DNA of 12,870 nt from a virus (taxonomy: Duplodnaviria > Heunggongvirae > Uroviricota > Caudoviricetes): IMG/VR virus record IMGVR_UViG_2585427735_000011; one strand, given 5' to 3'. Below the pieces are notes generated by a model, which did not search any database, had not been told where the DNA came from, and worked only from the letters and a program-made list of their open reading frames with translations. Below, in pieces: positions 7,393 to 12,870 of this stretch. How positions within the stretch are numbered: the first letter of the stretch is position 1; every line of letters starts with the position of its first letter. Both the position numbers and the translations under genes were made by a program.

Positions 7393-7716
7393 ATGGATGC
7401 TGGCGTTCTCGTTCTAGCAGTTCAACAATACCCAATCACAAAACAATTCACTGATAACGAACTTTGCACACTCGCCTGGTTATGGCGAGCAGGGAATGTG
7501 ATGTTAATTACCTACCAGAACGTTACTCCTCTTCTTCAGGTTGCGGAGCATCGTGAAGCTGGTCGCTTCACTTCTATCGAGCAAGAATATCCCCAGATAC
7601 TCAATAAGGCACAGGCAATCCTTGCCAGAGAAACGGCACATGTAAAATTCCGGCCGTGGCAGGATGATAAGTGGAGTCGAGTTTTGCCGCATTTACGTTC
7701 GGATCGATTACAGTAG
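7393..7716 (+). CDS. Hypothetical protein (107 aa); coding status uncertain
   Basis: ORF MDAGVLVLAVQQYPITKQFTDNELCTLAWLWRAGN...; weak RBS; overlapped by two minus-strand ORFs of similar length. No family recognised. Confidence 0.3.
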   Translation: MDAGVLVLAVQQYPITKQFTDNELCTLAWLWRAGNVMLITYQNVTPLLQVAEHREAGRFTSIEQEYPQILNKAQAILARETAHVKFRPWQDDKWSRVLPHLRSDRLQ

Positions 7717-8177
7717 ATTCCAATTAACAATGAGAAACACATAGCCACCCCGTGGTATTGAAACCATATAATGTTGGATTTGAAAACAGATCTTTTTCCA
7801 TGTATTAATAATTACATCCCCGCGAGTGATTCAAAAAGGAGGGCCCAATTTTGTCCGAGTTTTTGTATTCCCCCGCATGCCGCTGCGGAGCACTACATCT
7901 GAGTGTCTGACTAGGGGATAAAATTAGACTGGATAGTGAGAAGAAAGTGGCGTGCTAGGCTGTGCCGAGTGCTACCAGTACACCCTGGGGGGGTGCAGCT
8001 TTCGCCGAGACTGTAGTGGGTATCGGTTAATGCACGAAAAACCGAGAGGTCAGACAACCAATTTGCCGTAGGATTGTTTCCGGTGCGATACCGGTGTACT
8101 AACTGAAAGCAATGCGAAAAAGCATAAACTCGGTCCTTCAGTCGCCCTACACACTATTTACTAAGAAGGGCTAAAGC
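7717..8177. other. 461-bp ORF-free, relatively GC-rich, stem-rich stretch: candidate structured ncRNA or long 5' leader of the downstream ORF
   Basis: No ORF of 60 aa or more on either strand; by hand scan, + strand stop codons occur in all three frames at intervals of at most about 48 codons. Local stems include CACCC-tgggg-GGGTG (7981-7995), CCGGT-gcgat-ACCGG (8080-8094) and long-range complementarity AGTACACC (7977-7984) / GGTGTACT (8093-8100). Not matched to any RNA family I know. Confidence 0.3.
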
Positions 8178-8534
8178 ATGGATACAATTATCACATGGAT
8201 GGGAGATCGTCTGTTGGGGTGGATAACAAACAAATCCGATCTGCGGCAGAGGGCAATCACTGGATTAACTCCTGCGATTTATTCAACAATTTTATATACT
8301 GAAAAATTAAAACGTGGTGAGTCTAATAACCCAAACGAAGAAGAAAAACTTTATAGGCTTTGGTATGAAGCGTCTTCCCAAGTCGTAGACTTTGATCGAG
8401 AGCTGGCTAAAAGATGTTTAGATAAATCAGAATATTGGCTTCATTCTGAATTATATAGCCCTGAGAAAGTTGGAGAGCTAAACATTTCTTTGGTTGGTAT
8501 GAAGGCAACGCTTGAAGGAATAAAGCACAATTAA
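8178..8534 (+). CDS. Hypothetical protein (118 aa), AT-rich orphan ORF
   Basis: MDTIITWMGDRLLGWITNKSDLRQRAITGL...; AAGGG 7 nt upstream of the ATG; no signal peptide or TM segment evident; no family recognised. Confidence 0.5.
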   Translation: MDTIITWMGDRLLGWITNKSDLRQRAITGLTPAIYSTILYTEKLKRGESNNPNEEEKLYRLWYEASSQVVDFDRELAKRCLDKSEYWLHSELYSPEKVGELNISLVGMKATLEGIKHN

Positions 8535-8721
8535 AACCTTTGATTTGCGATAATCAACTCGCCATAATCATGTCATCGGAGCCTGAACAACTCCGGTGAC
8601 TTCTGCGCTAAACGGGGACGTTTATGCGCACACACAATCCAAACTCTCTTCTCCCTCCACAGATGCAGAAATGCACCTGCGATATATTGTATCCAGCGTT
8701 TGACCTCTGCGGAGGTGAAGC

Positions 8722-9177
8722 GTGAATCTCCCACAAGATGGCATCAAATTACATCGCGGTAACTTCACCGCTATCGGTCGGCAGATCCAGCCTTATCTGG
8801 AGGAGGGCAAATGCTTTCGCATGGTGCTTAAACCGTGGCGTGAGAAACGCAGTCTTTCCCAGAATGCACTCAGCCACATGTGGTACAGCGAAATCAGTGA
8901 ATACCTCATCAGCAGCGGTAAAACGTTCGCTACTCCAGCTTGGGTAAAAGATGCTCTCAAACACACATATCTCGGTTATGAAACCAAAGACCTGGTTGAT
9001 GTCGTAACCGGTGATATCACCACTATCCAGTCGTTACGCCATACCTCCGATCTTGATACCGGAGAGATGTATGTCTTCCTGTGTAAGGTTGAAGCCTGGG
9101 CGGTGAATATTGGCTGCCACCTGACTATTCCGCAGAGCTGCGAGTTCCAGCTGCTCCGCGACAAGCAGGAGGCGTAA
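8722..9177 (+). CDS. ybcN: YbcN-like protein (DLP12 prophage protein, reported DNA base-flipping activity)
   Basis: 151 aa, GTG start, [45 protein letters not shown]... matches E. coli YbcN as I recall it. Confidence 0.8.
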   Translation: MNLPQDGIKLHRGNFTAIGRQIQPYLEEGKCFRMVLKPWREKRSLSQNALSHMWYSEISEYLISSGKTFATPAWVKDALKHTYLGYETKDLVDVVTGDITTIQSLRHTSDLDTGEMYVFLCKVEAWAVNIGCHLTIPQSCEFQLLRDKQEA

Positions 9178-9347
9178 TGGCTACACCGCTTATTCGTGTC
9201 ATGAACGGACACATCTACAGAGTACCAGATCGTCGTAAGCGTAAACCGGAGCTGAAGCCTTCCGAAATACCAACACTGCTCGGATATACCGCCAGCCTGG
9301 TTGATAAAAAATGGTTGCGACTGGCAGCAAGGAGGAATCATGGCTGA
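9177..9347 (+). CDS. ninE: NinE-like small protein (56 aa)
   Basis: Not in the ORF track (under 60 aa). ATG at 9177 shares one base with the ybcN stop (TAATG); translation [56 protein letters not shown] matches NinE from memory. Confidence 0.7.
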   Translation: MATPLIRVMNGHIYRVPDRRKRKPELKPSEIPTLLGYTASLVDKKWLRLAARRNHG

Positions 9348-9630
9348 TTTGAGAAAAGCAGCGCGTAGTCGGGAATGCCAGGTAAGAATCCCTGGCGTAT
9401 GTAATGGCAACCCTGAAACGTCTGTACTGGCACATATCCGGCTGACTGGATTGTGCGGCACCGGTACCAAACCGCCAGACCTGATTGCCACCATTGCATG
9501 TTCTGCCTGCCACGACGAAATCGACCGCCGCACACATTTTGTCGATGCTGCATATGCAAAAGAATGCGCGCTGGAAGGTATGGCGAGAACACAGGTTATC
9601 TGGCTGAAAGAGGGGGTTATTAAGGCGTGA
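9340..9630 (+). CDS. ybcO: YbcO-like protein (DUF1364, Cys/His metal-binding, putative nuclease)
   Basis: 96 aa from [64 protein letters not shown]...; GGAGG RBS; overlaps the ninE end by 8 nt. The track ORF starts at an upstream ATG (9301). Confidence 0.8.
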   Translation: MADLRKAARSRECQVRIPGVCNGNPETSVLAHIRLTGLCGTGTKPPDLIATIACSACHDEIDRRTHFVDAAYAKECALEGMARTQVIWLKEGVIKA

Positions 9631-9989
9631 ATACCTACAGCATCACATTACCCTGGCCTCCGAGCAATAATCGCTATTACCGCCATAATCGCGGGCGCAC
9701 GCACGTCAGCGCAGAGGGGCAGGCATACCGCGATAACGTCGCCCGAATCATTAAAAACGCAATGCTGGATATCGGCCTGGCTATGCCTGTGAAAATCCGC
9801 ATTGAGTGCCACATGCCGGATCGCCGTCGCCGTGACCTGGATAATCTGCAAAAAGCCGCTTTTGACGCACTCACTAAAGCAGGTTTCTGGCTGGATGATG
9901 CTCAGGTCGTTGATTACCGCGTTGTGAAGATGCCTGTTACCAAAGGTGGGAGGCTGGAACTGACCATCACCGAAATGGGGAATGAATGA
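9627..9989 (+). CDS. rusA: RusA Holliday junction resolvase
   Basis: 120 aa, [46 protein letters not shown]...[19 protein letters not shown] matches E. coli RusA from memory; GTG start overlapping the ybcO stop. Confidence 0.9.
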   Translation: MNTYSITLPWPPSNNRYYRHNRGRTHVSAEGQAYRDNVARIIKNAMLDIGLAMPVKIRIECHMPDRRRRDLDNLQKAAFDALTKAGFWLDDAQVVDYRVVKMPVTKGGRLELTITEMGNE

Positions 9990-10126
9990 TGTTTGAGTTT
10001 AATATGGCAGAACTTCTTCGCCACCGCTGGGGGCGTCTGCGCTTATATCGTTTCCCCGGCTCTGTTTTGACCGATTACCGAATACTGAAGAATTACGCCA
10101 AAACACTGACAGGAGCAGGAGTATGA
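9986..10126 (+). CDS. ylcG: YlcG-like small protein (46 aa)
   Basis: Not in the ORF track. ATG at 9986 overlaps the rusA stop; translation [46 protein letters not shown]. Confidence 0.6.
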   Translation: MMFEFNMAELLRHRWGRLRLYRFPGSVLTDYRILKNYAKTLTGAGV

Positions 10127-10211
10127 AGTCAGAGATAACAATCAACTAATACTGTTTTGTTGATTTTTGCTTGTAATTGGCGTTCTGGTCTGAGTTTTGT
10201 GGAGTAAGTTG

Positions 10212-10595
10212 ATGCGTGATATTCAGATGGTTCTTGAGCGTTGGGGAGCGTGGGCGGCTAATAATCATGAAGATGTGACCTGGTCGTCCATTGCCGCCGG
10301 TTTTAAGGGATTAATTACTTCAAAAGTAAAATCTCGCCCGCAATGTTGTGACGATGACGCGATGATTATTTGCGGGTGCATGGCCCGTCTGAAAAAGAAC
10401 AACAGCGATTTGCACGATTTATTAGTAGATTATTATGTAGTCGGTATGACATTCATGTCACTGGCAGGTAAGCATTGCTGCTCTGATGGTTATATCGGGA
10501 AAAGGTTACAGAAGGCTGAGGGCATAATTGAAGGGATGTTAATGGCATTAGATATCCGGTTAGAGATGGATATCGTTGTTAATAACTCTAATTAA
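10212..10595 (+). CDS. quuD: Q-family late-gene antiterminator (QuuD, phage 82 Q-like)
   Basis: 127 aa from [34 protein letters not shown]..., Cys-rich ([16 protein letters not shown]; HCCSDG); GGAG RBS 7 nt before ATG 10212. The track ORF starts at an upstream TTG. Confidence 0.85.
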   Translation: MRDIQMVLERWGAWAANNHEDVTWSSIAAGFKGLITSKVKSRPQCCDDDAMIICGCMARLKKNNSDLHDLLVDYYVVGMTFMSLAGKHCCSDGYIGKRLQKAEGIIEGMLMALDIRLEMDIVVNNSN

Positions 10596-10610
10596 TATGC
10601 CAATTGTTTA

Positions 10611-10646
10611 CTAAAAATTATTAAAAATGGGGCGTTGCAACGCCCC
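10611..10646 (-). terminator. Rho-independent terminator serving the minus strand (nmpC): palindrome GGGGCGTTGCAACGCCCC with a U-tract on the minus strand
   Basis: 18-nt perfect palindrome at 10629-10646; on the minus strand the hairpin is followed by ATTTTTAATAATTTTT (complement of 10611-10628). On the plus strand it is followed by an A-rich run instead, so a plus-strand terminator role is less likely. Confidence 0.55.
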
Positions 10647-10736
10647 CAAAAATAAAGGGTAATATATAACAGAAGGTTTATATAGTTAGAAGCAAGGTTG
10701 TGCTCCTAAAGGAAGTGGCTTGAGGGAGCCATTTAT

Positions 10737-10774
10737 ATGTTGGGGAGGAAAAGCCCCCCGCAACATATCTTTTA
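10737..10774 (+). terminator. Plus-strand rho-independent terminator (candidate tR'-like or quuD terminator)
   Basis: ATGTTGGGG (10737-10745) pairs with CCCCgCAACAT (10756-10766, one bulged G), about 10-nt loop, followed by ATCTTTT. Lies about 140-180 nt after the Q stop, the spacing of the short PR'-to-tR' transcript in lambda. Confidence 0.45.
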
Positions 10775-10783
10775 GTAATCAAA

Positions 10784-11866
10784 TTAGAACTGGTAAACCA
10801 TACCTACAGCAACGATATCATCGGTAGCAACGCCAGATGCTTTCGTGAAATCGCTCTTATCAATCAGGTTGATTTTGTAATCAACAAAAGTGGACATATT
10901 TTTGTTGAAGTAATAGGTTGCACCTACATCAATATATTCAACCAGGTCCTGATCACCCCACGCACCCAAGTCTTTTCCTTTAGATTGCAGGTAAGCAACG
11001 GACGGACGCAGACCGAAGTCGAACTGATATTGTGCAACTACTTCGAAGTTTTGTGCTTTGTTGGCAATATGGTTATTACCAAAAACAGTCATGTTCTGGG
11101 TTTCAGAATAGGTGGTAGCCAGATAGATGTTGTTCGCATCATATTTCAGACCAGCTGCCCATACTTCAGCATTTTGACCAGATGCATTCAGGCTGTTGTT
11201 ACCGTAGATAACCTGATTATTAGTGCGGTCAGATTTAGCATAGGTTGCACCTACACCGAATCCTTCATACTCATAAGTAGTGGAGAAACCGAAACCATCA
11301 CCATTAGCTTCAGTTACGTCAGTGCGGTCATTTTTACCCTGATACTGAGCAGCAAAGTTCAGACCATCAACCAGACCAAAGAAGTCATTGTTACGATAAG
11401 TTGCAACACCTGTGGTGCGACCAGTCATGAATACATCTGTTTGGGTCCAGGTATCGCCACCGAATTCTGGCAGAACGTCGGTCCATGCACCAATATCGTA
11501 TGCTACACCGTAGTTACGGCCATAATCGATGGAGCCGTAGTCACCGAATTTCAGGCCAGCGAAGGCAAGACGGGTTTTATCTTTGGAGGAACCTTGAGAT
11601 TCAGCGCGGTTGCCTTTGAATTCATATTCCCACTGACCGAAACCAGTCAGTTGATCGTTGATTTGGGTTTCACCTTTGAAGCCAAGACGGGCATAAGTAG
11701 TATCACCATCATCTGCATCATTAGAGGAGAAGTAGTGCTTAGCATTAACTTTCCCGTACAGATCCAGCTTGTTACTGTCTTTATTATAAATTTCAGCTGC
11801 CTGAGCAGACATCGCCATCAGTACTGATGCAGCTACAGCAGAAATTGCCACTGTTAATTTTTTCAT
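10784..11866 (-). CDS. nmpC: Outer-membrane general porin of the OmpC/OmpF family (NmpC / Lc-type), apparently intact
   Basis: 360 aa; signal peptide [29 protein letters not shown]; beta-barrel porin composition (Y/G/N/D-rich repeats); C-terminal aromatic ...VGMVYQF. Reverse-oriented between Q and the holin, as in DLP12. Confidence 0.9.
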   Translation of the reverse strand: MKKLTVAISAVAASVLMAMSAQAAEIYNKDSNKLDLYGKVNAKHYFSSNDADDGDTTYARLGFKGETQINDQLTGFGQWEYEFKGNRAESQGSSKDKTRLAFAGLKFGDYGSIDYGRNYGVAYDIGAWTDVLPEFGGDTWTQTDVFMTGRTTGVATYRNNDFFGLVDGLNFAAQYQGKNDRTDVTEANGDGFGFSTTYEYEGFGVGATYAKSDRTNNQVIYGNNSLNASGQNAEVWAAGLKYDANNIYLATTYSETQNMTVFGNNHIANKAQNFEVVAQYQFDFGLRPSVAYLQSKGKDLGAWGDQDLVEYIDVGATYYFNKNMSTFVDYKINLIDKSDFTKASGVATDDIVAVGMVYQF

Positions 11867-12344
11867 CGTGAGCCCTTTTTTTTGAACTATTATTAAAAAA
11901 TGATGTCACTGCGCGATAAATATTCATCTAATCAATGTGATTATTTCAAGATGTAAGTTTTAGTTTCTCATTTAATTTGTGAAGTAGATCTCTATTTTTA
12001 TCTGAACTTTTTCTATCGAAACCTATTTATGGCTCTTATTTGAACAAAAATAAACCTATTAGCTAATTTATATTAATGGCTGTTATTTATGGTGGTTCTA
12101 TAATTCGGCAGTTTAATTTAAATCAACTAAAAATAACCTCTGAAATTATTTATTGGTTATTTGTTGAGGTTTTCTTATGTATTTGTGGTGGTGTTTTGAA
12201 CACTCGGTAGCATTCTCATAAATATCATTCAGTGGTTTACGTACGTAAAAAATTGGTTATGCTGTTAAGAGTGGTTACTTCGTCACACAGCTTAAACCCG
12301 CCGTCGAGCTGGTTTTTCCATTTTTTGAGTCTCGATATTAGCTG

Positions 12345-12381
12345 ATAACTCAATACCTGAGTTATTCACTGACTCCGAGTC
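12345..12381. promoter_or_regulatory. Two adjacent inverted repeats in the holin upstream region (ATAACTCA-atacc-TGAGTTAT and GACTC-c-GAGTC)
   Basis: Directly visible at 12345-12365 and 12371-12381, followed by a T-run (12389-12400), about 75 nt upstream of the holin start. Candidate late-transcript leader structure or operator. Confidence 0.3.
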
Positions 12382-12454
12382 TGTTACGTTTCTGCTTTTT
12401 TGCGATACGTTGTATTCCCTCAATTTACACCCGCTTTGTCTGCGAGGTGGGGTT

Positions 12455-12670
12455 ATGAAATCCATGGATAAGTTAACAACGGGTGTCGCCTATGGCACCT
12501 CAGCAGGTAGTGCCGGTTACTGGTTTTTACAGCTGCTCGATAAAGTCACGCCCTCACAGTGGGCAGCAATAGGTGTGCTGGGTAGCCTGGTATTTGGCCT
12601 GCTGACGTACCTGACAAACCTTTATTTCAAGATTAAAGAAGATAAGCGCAAGGCTGCGAGAGGTGAATAA
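12455..12670 (+). CDS. essD: Holin (lambda S-like, DLP12 EssD)
   Basis: 71 aa from [71 protein letters not shown]; transmembrane segments and charged C-terminus; GAGGTGGGG RBS. The track ORF starts at an upstream ATG (12410). Confidence 0.85.
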
Positions 12671-12870
12671 TGCCTCCATCATTACGAAAAGCCGTTGCTG
12701 CTGCTATTGGTGGCGGAGCAATTGCTACAGCATCAGTGTTAATCACTGGCCCAAGTGGTAACGATGGTCTGGAAGGTGTCAGCTACATACCATACAAAGA
12801 TATTGTTGGTGTATGGACTGTATGTCACGGGCATACAGGAAAAGACATCATGCTCGGTAAAACGTATACC
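12670..12870 (+). CDS. rrrD: Phage lysozyme / endolysin (RrrD-like), 5' partial: continues beyond the window
   Basis: ATG at 12670 overlaps the holin stop (TAATG); translation [67 protein letters not shown] matches the N-terminus of lambdoid R-type lysozymes. Confidence 0.85.
   Translation, partial: MPPSLRKAVAAAIGGGAIATASVLITGPSGNDGLEGVSYIPYKDIVGVWTVCHGHTGKDIMLGKTYT

Noticed and set aside
7504-7748. Minus-strand ORFs 7504..7692 and 7536..7748
   Set aside because: Overlapping, Cys-rich, low-complexity translations without RBSs. I cannot fully exclude them, but neither looks more convincing than the + strand 107-aa ORF, which is itself uncertain.
7717-8177. Retron msr/msd, group II intron or type III toxin-antitoxin RNA in the ORF-free stretch
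   Set aside because: No reverse transcriptase or intron-encoded protein nearby; no domain V-like motif; no tandem repeat array or ToxN-like gene. The stretch remains unclassified.
8738-9874. ORFs 8738..8947 (+), 8749..8964 (-), 8976..9533 (-), 9199..9537 (-), 9338..9592 (-), 9648..9851 (-), 9677..9874 (-)
   Set aside because: Alternative-frame or antisense ORFs over ybcN, ninE, ybcO and rusA; the sense genes are conserved nin genes with coupled starts.
10985-11827. 280-aa + strand ORF antisense to nmpC
   Set aside because: A long antisense frame is common in porin genes with biased codon composition; its translation is low-complexity (I/T/V/S-rich) with no start signals, while the minus-strand ORF is a textbook porin.
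12410-12454. Upstream in-frame start of the holin ORF ([15 protein letters not shown]...)
   Set aside because: The GAGGTGGGG RBS sits before ATG 12455 and the canonical holin begins MKSMDK; the extension lacks an RBS.

Overview
This window is a lambdoid (E. coli DLP12-like) prophage segment running from the immunity region to the start of the lysis cassette, with an IS1 element occupying the first 768 bp. All homology calls are from memory of protein families, not from any search. Order left to right: IS1 (insA/insB, minus strand); an AT-rich minus-strand pair downstream of the repressor (a kinase-like N-terminal fragment cut by IS1, and a 153-aa unknown); CI-type repressor; Cro-like; CII-position regulator; replication genes O (with internal ori iterons), P and ren; a cassette of emrE (SMR efflux) and the large serine recombinase ybcK; a roughly 1.4-kb stretch of unrecognised content (107-aa ORF, a 461-bp ORF-free stem-rich stretch, 118-aa AT-rich ORF); nin-region genes ybcN, ninE, ybcO, rusA, ylcG; antiterminator quuD; an intact reverse-oriented porin nmpC; then holin essD and the 5' part of lysozyme rrrD. 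The best candidates for something undescribed are the 7282-8721 stretch, which sits where I recall K-12 DLP12 carrying ybcL-ybcM-ylcH, and the IS1-disrupted cassette downstream of cI (the slot lambda uses for rexAB). Neither can be assigned a function from sequence alone.
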